Of a DNA stretch of 64,000 nucleotides, positions 1 to 9,930 are shown piece after piece. Each line of letters starts with the position of its first letter. Position 1 is the stretch's first letter. The notes below the pieces were generated by a model, which saw only the letters and a program-made list of their open reading frames with translations, ran no database searches and was not told the origin of the DNA. The translations under genes were made by a program, and so were the position numbers. Location: assembly GCA_038523235.1 (NCBI GenBank), contig JBCBJQ010000022.1:1-64000 (forward strand), given 5' to 3'. This DNA comes from Cyanobacteria bacterium J06626_4. GTDB lineage: Bacteria > Cyanobacteriota > Cyanobacteriia > Phormidesmidales > Phormidesmidaceae.

Positions 1-354
1 GCACTCCTGCTGCAGTTTTTCACAGAGCTGACGACTGGTGTAGCTGCGGGGCTCTTGTAACCACGCCTCAACCGCCTCCCAGTCACTCGCTTGCCAGCGA
101 CGGGGGCGTCCAGAGCGAGGGGCGTCCCACATCCCAGCTAACCCTTCGGCTGGCCATCGTTTGAGCGCATGGCGAACCGTATGCTCGTGGAGCTGAAGAT
201 GCTGGGCAATCGCTGGCACATTCCAGCCCGCCGCATTCAGACGCAATGCCTGTGCTCGCTGCTTGACAATGGCCGCAGGGCCATCCGACAAGCTCAGTTG
301 GCGCAACGCCTCATCCGCTTCTTCGCTCAAGTGCACGCGCAACGGGGCAGGCAT
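1..354 (-). CDS. IS630-family transposase, N-terminal HTH part (runs off left edge)
   Basis: Manual translation from ATG 354 gives MPAPLRVHLSEEADEALRQL...RAQALRLNAAGWNVPAIAQHL...TVRHALKRW...GLAGMWDAPRSGRPRRW, with the IS630-type HTH and D.PRSGRP motif. Absent from the ORF track because no stop lies in the window. Confidence 0.85.
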   Translation of the reverse strand, partial: MPAPLRVHLSEEADEALRQLSLSDGPAAIVKQRAQALRLNAAGWNVPAIAQHLQLHEHTVRHALKRWPAEGLAGMWDAPRSGRPRRWQASDWEAVEAWLQEPRSYTSRQLCEKLQQEC

Positions 355-414
355 GATACGGCTCCAGAAACAACGTTGACCTCTATCTTACAAGTACTTA
401 CGGCAACCTACTTA
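1..414 (-). mobile_element. IS630-like insertion sequence, left end (partial)
   Basis: Transposase start plus a putative terminus TA|AGTAGGTTGCCGTAAGTA on the minus strand at ~414; the boundary is inferred. Confidence 0.6.
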
Positions 415-957
415 GACGAAACGGCAATCACTTTAGTCAGCACTTTTGATGCAAATATAACAGCTTTTCTAAGGTTCTCATGCTGACTTAGCAGACCTTC
501 CTGACTTCTTAGCGCTTTAATGCTGACTAAAAGCTGAATTCACGGCATTCTACTCTGAACTTGACTTTGTACCAAAGATTCTCCGTAGGCTTGGTCATTG
601 TGCTTCCCAGCCTGACTCTCCAATGAGCGGTTTATTGCAGGGTGGCAATCTACCCTAATCCTATCAGTCCTAGTAGACAAGACATCCAGCTTTTTTATAT
701 TGCTGTAGACTTCGCATAGGATTTTTCTGACCAGCAAAGTTTCAGAATATTAAGCCGAAATTTTATTCGGCATATATTCAGCTTAAGCTCTTCGATTCGG
801 GATAGGATGATATTTATCAGGCTCTACACTACCGAATCAATATCCAGCCCATGCTTTCAGCTTATGAGGCCCCGTCAGGAGCAATGTGAACGCCTCTCCA
901 CATGGGGCTGGAATGCTCTGTTTGATAGTGTCTTTTGCCCTGGTAGAGGTAAGCGTT

Positions 958-1468
958 ATGTAAATTACGCTACTGACAACTGACGAAGCCTGTGGACTGC
1001 TCCGGTGTGAAAAAGAGAAATTACGAATCTATCGCGAGCAAGTGGATAGAAGGCATCCACTTTGTCAGGTGCGGCAGTGGGAAAACCGCTCCGGTGTTGT
1101 ACAACCGCGAACTGCTCCTGGATTGGCTATTCAATCAAACCGCACTGAGTACTCATCATCAGGCGATAGAGTGGTTTAGACGTGAGTTCCCCAGTGGACG
1201 CCCTGATTGACTGACAAAAGTTTAATCACAAGCCACTAAAGCCCTTACATAGAAAGGAACTCAGGCTTTTGACTTGGGTTTGCTTTCCCCTCAAGGCTAT
1301 ACCCGCCTATTTCCATCGATAGCTACACCTCTGAATGTCCTGTGTGGAAAGACTTTCATGACCTCAAACTGAGAAACACTATAACCCTTGGCATAGGGCC
1401 AATTGGCAAGTTTTGTCAGTCAATCAGGTGGACGCCTCAGAGGTAAACCGCATCGATCAGGAAAATAA
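958..1468 (+). pseudogene. Excisionase-like (HTH) pseudogene
   Basis: ATG-TAA at 958, then ITLLTTDEACGLLRCEKEKLRIYR, a +1 frameshift near 1036, then SKWIEGIHFVR...VLYNRELLLDWL. The 3' end is interrupted by a MITE. Convergent with the integrase. Confidence 0.7.
1203..1427. mobile_element. 225-bp MITE with 17-bp terminal inverted repeats and 9-bp target-site duplication
   Basis: CTGATTGACTGACAAAA (1203-1219) / TTTTGTCAGTCAATCAG (1411-1427), flanked by GTGGACGCC at 1194-1202 and 1428-1436. Confidence 0.9.
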
Positions 1469-2554
1469 TGCAGGCGCTTTAGGCGTACTTTGAATGAGCC
1501 CCGCATAGCGTTCAAAAAGCGTTTTGACATTATGACCAGTCATTTGAGCCACCGTAACGGGATTCATACCCTGCTCTAGACAATGACTGATAAAGGTATG
1601 TCTTGTGTAATAGGGTCTCAAATAGGTGATGCCGCAGGACTCCAAGATGGTAGTCCATTCTCGTTCGGCAAAGTTTCCTTCATCGATTGCACCTCCCTTA
1701 GGCGCAGGAAACACCAGGGCATCTGAGCTTGACGCCTCAGCGCCACGTTGCTTCAACATCGCTACGGTTGAATCTGCAAGTTTAAAGTCTCTTGCTTTGC
1801 CGGTTTTTGTATCCTTAAATTGCCGGTGAGTGTGAGCTTCGCCAAACCACACAACAGAGTAATCATGATTCAAGTGTCTCCACCGCAGGCCATTGGCTTC
1901 CCCGGTTCGGCAACCTGTCTCAAACTTGAACTGTACATAATCGGCGTAGTGCTGGCAGCGAGAATGATCTCGGAAGGCTTGGATAATCGTTTTGACTTCG
2001 CTCAAGGTAAACGGTTTCGGCATCTGTTTGGGTTTGAGCCGAACCTTTAACTCCTGCCACGGATTCTCACTGACCAAGCTCTCCTTCATGCCCCATTCCC
2101 AGCAGGCGTTCAAAAGCCCCAGTCTTTCTTTTGCGGTGACAGCTTCAAGATTTTCTAGCAGCCAGTGGATAAATTCTTCGGTGTTTTTAGTGCTAGCTGG
2201 GCGATCGCCATAGTGCTCGCTAAGCCAACTCACCAGGCCATAGTATTTCTCCAGGGTTCGGGGCTGCACCTGTTTCTCTTTGTATTGGATGAAGCGCTGG
2301 AACAGCTTAACGGCAGAGATGGTCTTGCCAGGACGATTGTCATCACGATATTTCTTCAGGGTGGAGTCAAAATTGCCTGAGATGATATCCATCTTAATAG
2401 TGTGGGCTTTTTGCACTGCAATCTGTTGGTTGATGGCATCGTCTGGCAAGCCCAGATTGATAGTGTAGCGCTCGCCGTGCAATCGCCAGCGCAGGCGCAG
2501 GAATCCCCGGTAAGACTCAATACTCACTGCTCCTTTGGGTTTCCGAGTCGCCAT
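1457..2554 (-). CDS. Tyrosine recombinase/integrase with N-terminal Arm DNA-binding (DUF3596-like) domain
   Basis: Catalytic motifs GCRTGE, TKTGK, YYTRHT, MTGH and ERY; N-terminal LRLRW...LGLPD; adjacent to a tRNA 3' end. Confidence 0.93.
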   Translation of the reverse strand: MATRKPKGAVSIESYRGFLRLRWRLHGERYTINLGLPDDAINQQIAVQKAHTIKMDIISGNFDSTLKKYRDDNRPGKTISAVKLFQRFIQYKEKQVQPRTLEKYYGLVSWLSEHYGDRPASTKNTEEFIHWLLENLEAVTAKERLGLLNACWEWGMKESLVSENPWQELKVRLKPKQMPKPFTLSEVKTIIQAFRDHSRCQHYADYVQFKFETGCRTGEANGLRWRHLNHDYSVVWFGEAHTHRQFKDTKTGKARDFKLADSTVAMLKQRGAEASSSDALVFPAPKGGAIDEGNFAEREWTTILESCGITYLRPYYTRHTFISHCLEQGMNPVTVAQMTGHNVKTLFERYAGLIQSTPKAPALFS

Positions 2555-2576
2555 GGCCGCACCTTATGGGGTCAAC

Positions 2577-2598
2577 TTGATACCCAATTGATACCCAA
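2577..2598. repeat. Tandem 11-bp repeat, putative integrase arm-type binding sites
   Basis: TTGATACCCAA x2 between the integrase start and the tRNA 3' end, with a related inverted copy TGGGGTCAA just to the left. Confidence 0.6.
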
Positions 2599-2695
2599 TA
2601 ATCGGCTCAAATCCGGATTATTCCGTCAAGTTCCAGCTAGGACAACGCACCCTTGGAACCTTTGCCAGATGAGCTGAAACCCTTGATATGCCTAA

Positions 2696-2769
2696 TGGAC
2701 GTAACTGGACTCGAACCAGTGACCCCCACGATGTCAACGTGGTGCTCTAACCAACTGAGCTATACGTCC
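2696..2769 (-). tRNA. trnV: tRNA-Val(GAC)
   Basis: Reverse complement GGACGTATAGCTCAGTTGGTTAGAGCACCACGTTGACATCGTGGGGGTCACTGGTTCGAGTCCAGTTACGTCCA folds as a cloverleaf with anticodon GAC. Confidence 0.97.
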
Positions 2770-2902
2770 TTGCAGAAGACTAAGCTATCACAGCCATGGA
2801 GCCGACGCAATCCATCCCTAGCAAAATCAGGGGTCGCCGTTGGGATGTCAAATCTGCGGACTTTACGTAACACTGAGAAAGGAAATTGCAGGAGTGATCG
2901 CA

Positions 2903-3700
2903 ATGGAATGGCGTGAGGTATCGGGCAACTGGCTATGGATTCCGCCTCAGCCCACAGCCATCATTCATTTTTTGGGTGGGGCCTTTGTGGCAGCGGCCCC
3001 CAACCTGACCTACAAGCTGCTGTTAGAAGCGCTCGGTCGGCGCGGCTACTTGATTGTGGCCACCCCCTTTATCAACACCTTTGACCATCGTGCGATCGCC
3101 CAAGAGGTGCTCACCACCTTTGATCAAGCGTTGTACTACATCGAAAACCGCGTCACCTTCAAGCGCTTACCGATTTATGGCTTGGGACACAGCATGGGCT
3201 GCAAAGTTCATTTGTTGATCAATAGCCTGTACGACGTCGATCGCCAGGGCAACATTCTGATGGCCTTTAACAACTATTCGGCGCGGCGATCGGTGCCCTT
3301 TTTAGAGCAGGTGATGGCCTTTTCGCCCCAACTCGGCGCGATGAATACGATGGAATTTACGCCGTCACCGGAGGAAACCTTCGACCTGATTGACCGCTAC
3401 TATCCGGTCGAGCGCAATCTCCTGATCAAATTTCGCAAAGACGACATCGATCAAACTCGACCGCTGCACAACGTACTGATGCGTCACTTTCCCGAACTGA
3501 CCAGCGTGCAGATTTTACCCGGCACGCATACCACCCCCATGGCCCAAGACATTCCCTGGCAGCCAGGTACCAACTTCAGCCCCTTTGACGCGATTGGTCA
3601 GTTCGTCAAGCAAGAATTCACCCGCGACCTGCGCCCGCTAGAGGACGTCATTTTGATGTGGCTGAATCCGCTCCGAGCCATGCGATCACCGCGTCGATGA
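2903..3700 (+). CDS. DUF1350 family alpha/beta-hydrolase-like protein
   Basis: IHFLGGAFVAAAP, GHSMGCK and NILMAFNN motifs. Confidence 0.88.
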   Translation: MEWREVSGNWLWIPPQPTAIIHFLGGAFVAAAPNLTYKLLLEALGRRGYLIVATPFINTFDHRAIAQEVLTTFDQALYYIENRVTFKRLPIYGLGHSMGCKVHLLINSLYDVDRQGNILMAFNNYSARRSVPFLEQVMAFSPQLGAMNTMEFTPSPEETFDLIDRYYPVERNLLIKFRKDDIDQTRPLHNVLMRHFPELTSVQILPGTHTTPMAQDIPWQPGTNFSPFDAIGQFVKQEFTRDLRPLEDVILMWLNPLRAMRSPRR

Positions 3701-3735
3701 TGCGTTCATATCGCAACAGCCGATACTCATTCCCT

Positions 3736-3978
3736 CTATGCCGCAACGGGCAATGGGGACATTAACCGACCTTCCAAATAGCTGTAGAGGCCCTGACTGG
3801 CTTCAAAATAGACCGCCAGGCGATCGCCCGCTTGCTCTGCGGAGACCAGATCGGCCCGGTAGTGGGGAGTGGCTAAAAAGTTGAGCCAGTCGGCAACTTG
3901 GGTTAGTGGAACGGTGAGACAGCCAAGCGCACAGCCATCCACGACTTCTATCCGAAAGCTGACAGTGGGGGAGGTCAT
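3736..3978 (-). CDS. Small hypothetical protein
   Basis: Compact ORF convergent with DUF1350, plausible composition (WLNFLATPHY...VYFEASQGLYSYL). Confidence 0.65.
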   Translation of the reverse strand: MTSPTVSFRIEVVDGCALGCLTVPLTQVADWLNFLATPHYRADLVSAEQAGDRLAVYFEASQGLYSYLEGRLMSPLPVAA

Positions 3979-4167
3979 GATCTTCACCTGACGCAATCAG
4001 TACGCATGAACTATTTAATTCTCTCTGCTCTACCCAAAATGCGCAAGGCGATCGCACAACCTGTTACAGTCAGGTCGCTATGAAGCTGGCGTGAGTGCAC
4101 GGTGACAGCCTCTTGTCGGCGTGACGCTGTGCCTTTACGATCGCTGGCGGTTTATCACACCCCCACT

Positions 4168-5520
4168 ATGACTGCATCGCTCTTTCAAATTGCCTCAACG
4201 CCCCCCCATCAACAACTCACGGTGACGATGCCCGCAGCCGGGGTCGCTCTGACCGGTCGCATCCGCGTGCCGGGCGACAAATCCATCTCCCATCGCGCGT
4301 TAATGCTGGGGGCAATCGCCCAAGGGGAAACCCGTATTCAAGGACTCCTGCTGGGTGAAGACCCCCGCAGTACGGCGGCTTGCTTCGCCGCTATGGGAGT
4401 GCAGCTGTCGGACTTAGAAGATGAGTGGGTTGTGGTCAAGGGGGTGGGACTGGGCAACCTGCAGGAACCCACAGCCGTGCTGGATGCGGGTAACTCCGGC
4501 ACCACTCTGCGCCTGATGCTGGGACTACTGGCCTCGCATCCCGATCGTTTTTTTACCGTCACGGGGGATGATTCCTTGAGGGCGCGCCCCATGGGGCGCG
4601 TGATTAAACCGCTCACCGCGATGGGGGCTCAGATTTGGGGGCGCCAGCACAATACTCTGGCACCTTTGGCGGTTCAAGGTCAGGCCCTCAAACCCACTCA
4701 CTATCACTCACCGGTCGCCTCCGCTCAGGTGAAATCATGCGTGCTGCTAGCTGGGCTGCTGACGGAGGGCCAGACGACTGTGACCGAGCCGAGTCTCTCG
4801 CGCGATCACAGCGAACGGATGCTGCAGGCATTTGGGGCTGATCTCACCGTCGATCAGCCAAGTTGCACGGTGACGGTCAACGGCCCCGCCACCCTAACCG
4901 GGCAGACGGTGATTGTACCGGGAGATATTAGCTCCGCCGCCTTTTGGCTGGTGGGTGCCGCCATCACGCCGGGGTCGGAATTAGTGATTGAGAATGTCGG
5001 CGTCAACCCCACACGCACTGGCATCTTAGAAGCGTTGCAGGCGATGAACGCTGACATCACGCTCGAAAACGAACGCCTGGTCACCGGGGAGCCGGTAGCT
5101 GACCTGCGGGTGCGCCACGGCCCACTCACAGCAGCGACATTTAGTGGCGACTTGATTCCGCGCATGATCGACGAAATCCCCGTTCTGGCAGTGGCGGCGC
5201 TGTTTGCTCAGGGCACGACGGTGATTCAAGATGCGGCGGAGCTGCGGGTCAAAGAGAGCGATCGCATTGCCGCCATGGCCTCTGAGCTCAACCGGTTGGG
5301 GGCGCAGGTGACCGAGCAGCCCGACGGCTTAGAAATTGTCGGCGGTTTGTCAACCCTGACTGGGACTGATGTGGATAGCTTTACCGATCATCGGGTGGGC
5401 ATGAGTTTAGCGATCGCCGCGTTGCGCGCTACCGGCACGACCACCTTGCAGCACGCGGAAGCAGCGGCCATTTCTTATCCCACTTTTTGGGCCACCCTGA
5501 ACCAAGTTTGTGGGGCCTGA
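4168..5520 (+). CDS. aroA: 3-phosphoshikimate 1-carboxyvinyltransferase (EPSP synthase)
   Basis: [36 protein letters not shown] and DHR motifs. Confidence 0.97.
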   Translation: MTASLFQIASTPPHQQLTVTMPAAGVALTGRIRVPGDKSISHRALMLGAIAQGETRIQGLLLGEDPRSTAACFAAMGVQLSDLEDEWVVVKGVGLGNLQEPTAVLDAGNSGTTLRLMLGLLASHPDRFFTVTGDDSLRARPMGRVIKPLTAMGAQIWGRQHNTLAPLAVQGQALKPTHYHSPVASAQVKSCVLLAGLLTEGQTTVTEPSLSRDHSERMLQAFGADLTVDQPSCTVTVNGPATLTGQTVIVPGDISSAAFWLVGAAITPGSELVIENVGVNPTRTGILEALQAMNADITLENERLVTGEPVADLRVRHGPLTAATFSGDLIPRMIDEIPVLAVAALFAQGTTVIQDAAELRVKESDRIAAMASELNRLGAQVTEQPDGLEIVGGLSTLTGTDVDSFTDHRVGMSLAIAALRATGTTTLQHAEAAAISYPTFWATLNQVCGA

Positions 5521-6098
5521 GTCGCTGCCAGCCCGAGTCTATGGAGAGACAAGAGAATCATCCACGACACTGATCTGTCCTGATTTTGGGGGGTACTGAG
5601 GCAATCTCCTAAGGTGAAAACACCGCTAAATTAGCGGCGTGATGCTGCCAATTTAGCGTCGCAAAACCGGGAAGGTGACTGCCCGCAGGGCTATCAGCCC
5701 TCTACGAAAAGCCCACGCTTTTTGGTAGACCTCTAGTCAGTAAGCTAAATATCAACCCCCTCGTCCTGCCTGGCAACAGTCCCTCCCACCCTCGGAGGGT
5801 GGCCCAGCTAAAACCCTAAACCGTGAGCCTGGCCCCCAATCATCACGAGTAGTGAGTGTATTGGCCGCACTCTAATCGCGGCTGGAACTGCCCAACCCCT
5901 GAACTGGCAATAGATTGAGAGCGGTTCAAGGGGCGGCGAATTGCAGCGGGTTAATCGCTGCTGGGGCGACTGATGACGGGGATGAACGGGTGCCCTGATG
6001 TGTTGGCTGACTCAGCAAATGGGCGGCGATCGCCCTATCCTCAAAAGCGATGGCCGCCACCGTGAAAACCTTTTTGGAGTGTGTACGTCTCGGTTACT

Positions 6099-7799
6099 AT
6101 GCGAAAAATTCTGGTCATTGCCGCCGATGGCGAACAGCGGGAGTCACAGCTTGCCATCCTGACCCGCGAAGGGTACGAAACCATTGTTGCCGAGATTATC
6201 TCGACGGCGTTAGACATTATTCGCAGGCAGCATCCTGACCTGATTCTCTGTGGCGTGGAGTTAACTGGGGGCGACAATTTCGAGTTGTTGCACGCCCTGC
6301 AGAACAAGCCCGACTTGCTCGCGATTCCGATTATTTTGCTCACCCACAATCATGAGCCGTTGCGCTGGCGGCAGGGCGTGAACTTAGGGGCCGATGACTG
6401 TCTGGTCGTGCCCTTCACTGAACGCAACTTGCTAGAGGCGATCGCCATTCGCTTTAAGAAGCAAGATGCCCTGACTCACCGCTACAACATTTTGATGCGC
6501 CACACGGCAGAACGGCTCAATCGCCTGTCGCACTATGACAGCCTGACTGATTTGCCCAACTACCAGCTGTTACGACAGCGACTGCAGCAGGCCACGGAGC
6601 GGGCCTCTGGCGGCAAGCAGCGGGTAGCCCTGATGACGTTGAGTCTTGACCGGCTGCGTCAGATCAACAACACGCTGGGCTACGCAGCCGGTGATACGGT
6701 GCTGCGGGCAGCCGCTCGTCGCCTAACCGGAATTTTGCCGCGATCGACCGCCGTGGCCCGCCTAACGGGCAATCAGTTTGCCATTGTGGTGCCCGCCCCC
6801 CACGATCGCGAGACGATTATCGCCATTGCTGAAGAAATTTTTGAGAGTTTAGGCCACTCGTTTTCGCTACCGGGTCAAGAGGTGTTTATGACCGCCAGCA
6901 TCGGTATCGTCATGTTTCCCGACGACTCCGAAGAGATTAGTGTGCTGCTGCGGCAGGCCGACGCCGCCCTCGACTGGGCCAAAGTTCAAAAGAGCCACTC
7001 TTATCGGTTTTACCGACCCGATATGCCCGTCGTCTCGGGGGATGAACTGCAGCTCGAAACTTGGCTGCGCTACGCCCTCGAACGGGAAGAGTTTGAAGTC
7101 TGGTATCAGCCCAAATACAGTCTGAGTCAAGAGCGGATCGTGGGGGCCGAAGCGCTGATTCGCTGGCAGCACCCGGAGACCGGGTACATTTCCCCGGCCC
7201 GCTTTGTACCCCTAGCTGAAGCCACGGGGCTGATTGTCCCGATTGGGGAATGGGTGCTCAAAACGGTTTGTGATCAGACGGCTAGCTGGCTGCGTCATGG
7301 TCAACCCGTCGTCGCGATCGCCGTTAACCTATCCAGCGTGCAGCTCAATCAGTCGCGGTTAGCGCAAACCGTGCAAGACATTCTCACCCTGACCCAGTTA
7401 CCGCCCCATCATCTAGAGCTGGAAGTGACCGAAACGGCTTTGATGCAAGATATTGAATCGGCGATCGCCCTGCTAGAACAGCTGAAAGCCCTGAACGTCA
7501 ACATCGCGATCGATGACTTTGGCACCGGCTACGCCTCTTTGGGATATCTGCGACAGTTGCCCATCGACATTCTCAAAATTGACACCTCCTTTGTGCGCAA
7601 TATTCATCAAGATGTCAAAAACCAGAGCATCGTCAAAAATGTCATTGCCCTGGCCCACGACCTAGGTCTCAAAATCATTGCCGAAGGCATCGAAACCCAA
7701 GCTGAAATGGAGGTCTTAAAAGACTATGGCTGTGACCTGATTCAAGGCTATTGGGTCGGCCCGCCGATGGTGGCCGAAAAGCTGGCTGAGCGCCTGTAA
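6099..7799 (+). CDS. Receiver-GGDEF-EAL protein, probable c-di-GMP phosphodiesterase
   Basis: N-terminal REC fold, degenerate GGDEF (TGNQF), intact EAL, DDFGTGY and EGIE motifs. Confidence 0.9.
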   Translation: MRKILVIAADGEQRESQLAILTREGYETIVAEIISTALDIIRRQHPDLILCGVELTGGDNFELLHALQNKPDLLAIPIILLTHNHEPLRWRQGVNLGADDCLVVPFTERNLLEAIAIRFKKQDALTHRYNILMRHTAERLNRLSHYDSLTDLPNYQLLRQRLQQATERASGGKQRVALMTLSLDRLRQINNTLGYAAGDTVLRAAARRLTGILPRSTAVARLTGNQFAIVVPAPHDRETIIAIAEEIFESLGHSFSLPGQEVFMTASIGIVMFPDDSEEISVLLRQADAALDWAKVQKSHSYRFYRPDMPVVSGDELQLETWLRYALEREEFEVWYQPKYSLSQERIVGAEALIRWQHPETGYISPARFVPLAEATGLIVPIGEWVLKTVCDQTASWLRHGQPVVAIAVNLSSVQLNQSRLAQTVQDILTLTQLPPHHLELEVTETALMQDIESAIALLEQLKALNVNIAIDDFGTGYASLGYLRQLPIDILKIDTSFVRNIHQDVKNQSIVKNVIALAHDLGLKIIAEGIETQAEMEVLKDYGCDLIQGYWVGPPMVAEKLAERL

Positions 7800-8295
7800 T
7801 CTAGTGCTGGCCAGTTGGCTGAGGACACCTAGGAGCGCTCTGATCCTCCACACCTCAGCAAAGTGGCACCGTCTTATCCTGGCCGGACTGACGACTGTGC
7901 GATTCCGATGCAACACGGACATGGCTGAACGAGAAAAAGCGCGGTGTCTGGAATCTTGGGGCAGGTTGATCCCGATTTTCAGACGACCTGATCGAAAAAG
8001 AAAACCCGTTGGGTAGGCTTCCTAGCCTGCCCCCACCCTACCTGTTTGCGGCTCCTCAACTAGACCGCTCAGGAACGGCCAGGATGGCCATCAAACCCGC
8101 TCGATATCAGTTAGGGCGGGAGCTGGGGGCAGCGCTGGGGGAGTGACGGGCAGGAGTCAGCATCGCGCGGAAAATCTCGTCCACCCCGCTGACATAGCAG
8201 GTCTGGACTGACGATTGTCAGCATTAAATATGGCCATCAGGTTGGGCTCAGAGCAGGGGCAACCAATGTCCCAACCAGCACTCCTCCAGTCCTTA

Positions 8296-9930
8296 TCAGA
8301 AGGACTCGGTATCGCCTAGCGGCGCTGACAGGCCGACTTCATATTGGTAGCGAATGCGGCCCTGGGCCTGAGCTGCGAGTCGCAACGACCAGTGACACTG
8401 GCCGGTTTTGGTCAGGGTGGTGGCCGGTTCGGCAGTGATCAGACGGGGCGCGATCGCCGCGTTCTGAGGGACGGGCAGTTGTTCGATCACCCTCACGTCA
8501 ATCGGCACTGCCAAGGGGTTTTGAATGGTCAGTTCATAGCCGCGGCGTTGACCGCTCCCAGCCTCTGCCACAGGCTGGGAAGACCACACCTGACGGTGTA
8601 CCGTCACTCGTTCATCGAGCCCCAAACTTAACTGAAAGGCATCGTCGGGAGCCACATAATCCAACGATTGTTCGCCCCAATAGCGGCCCGCTCGAAACAC
8701 ATGAGCTGGCCCCGGCAACAGCGGCTCGGAGGCCGCATTGATGAGCGCCGTACACAAATAGGGGACGCAGTTCCGTTGCGGCAAAACTATATAGGTTAGC
8801 TGACTGCTCAGTTCTAGCTGACGAATAGCGACTCGGTGAGTCTGGCCATCGCTGGGCACCACCGCTGGCAGCGGAGCCGTAAACTCCACACGGGCGATCG
8901 CCAGCTGCTCTGGGGCCTGATTCGTCCCCGGCGCTTCTGGCTGGGCATACGGAATCGTACTCCCCGGCAGGGCCCCCAGCATGCGATAGGTGTCCTCCAG
9001 TACTGGGCTCCGCGATTTTACTTCGGCGGGCGAATCGGCCGTGGCGGAGCCGGGCGTTTTGTCTTTAAAGGGAGGCGGTAACGGCGCCGGAGCAGGCAGG
9101 CGATCGAGATCCGGCACGCTCAAGGTCGTCTCGGCAGTGGCCGTCGAGACCTTCAGGGCCACCTGATGCCAATCTTCTCCAGTATTCTGCTGAATTTCAG
9201 CTAAGCCGTTGATGGTCAGTGAGGTATCGGCGGCGGCCAGGCGGAGCTCATACACTGGCTGCCATTGGGCCGCGTTGACGGTATAAATAATCTGAATGTC
9301 GAGGCGGCCTGCCTGATGCACGGTTAATGGGATAACCAGCTCATAAGGCGGCGCGATCGCTGCCGATTGGCCTTGTTTCTCCTGTTGGCGAGCCTGCTGG
9401 AGCTGTCGATCAAGCTGATGCTTGCGACGCTCTTGAACCACGATCGCCTGCGCCGTCTGCTGATAGGTCTGGTCAAAAAACTGAGAAAACTCAGCGACGT
9501 TAGCCAGCGTCATGGACTGCTGTGAGAGCCCCTGAGCAAAACTCTGGGCCGTTTGCTCGGCCAACGACTCTAGAAAAGCCTGCTGATGGTTGAGGCTCGA
9601 CAGCGTATCTTTACAGGATCGGAAAGCATCTTCCGCTTGATGACGCTGCTCGATCAGCGCTGCTTGTCGGTGCTGCAGCCCCGCATCATCCGTGGCTGTG
9701 GGGGTCAGGTGGGGCGGTTGCAAACTGACCTGTGCGGTCCCCTTAGCATCGAGTTGCAGGCTACCCACCTCAAGCACCGCTGGTAAGGCGTCAACCCGCA
9801 GCCGGAGATTACCTGGTGACACCTCAAGCCGCCCCTGGCGAGTGACCCGAGCCTGCTCAGGATAGACCGTAACGGCGACGATTTTAGTCTTGATTGGGGT
9901 GAGGCCACTTAACACAACGGCATCAGACAT
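8296..9930 (-). CDS. DUF4140/DUF4139 (MuiA-like) protein
   Basis: IVAVTVYPEQARVTR, coiled coil, AQWQPVYELR, QNTGEDW and LSLGLDERV motifs. Confidence 0.88.
   Translation of the reverse strand: MSDAVVLSGLTPIKTKIVAVTVYPEQARVTRQGRLEVSPGNLRLRVDALPAVLEVGSLQLDAKGTAQVSLQPPHLTPTATDDAGLQHRQAALIEQRHQAEDAFRSCKDTLSSLNHQQAFLESLAEQTAQSFAQGLSQQSMTLANVAEFSQFFDQTYQQTAQAIVVQERRKHQLDRQLQQARQQEKQGQSAAIAPPYELVIPLTVHQAGRLDIQIIYTVNAAQWQPVYELRLAAADTSLTINGLAEIQQNTGEDWHQVALKVSTATAETTLSVPDLDRLPAPAPLPPPFKDKTPGSATADSPAEVKSRSPVLEDTYRMLGALPGSTIPYAQPEAPGTNQAPEQLAIARVEFTAPLPAVVPSDGQTHRVAIRQLELSSQLTYIVLPQRNCVPYLCTALINAASEPLLPGPAHVFRAGRYWGEQSLDYVAPDDAFQLSLGLDERVTVHRQVWSSQPVAEAGSGQRRGYELTIQNPLAVPIDVRVIEQLPVPQNAAIAPRLITAEPATTLTKTGQCHWSLRLAAQAQGRIRYQYEVGLSAPLGDTESF

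Noticed and set aside
169..486. 105-aa + strand ORF
   Set aside because: Antisense shadow of the IS630 transposase start
2653..2916. ORF across 2696-2769
   Set aside because: Spurious; overlaps tRNA-Val on the opposite strand
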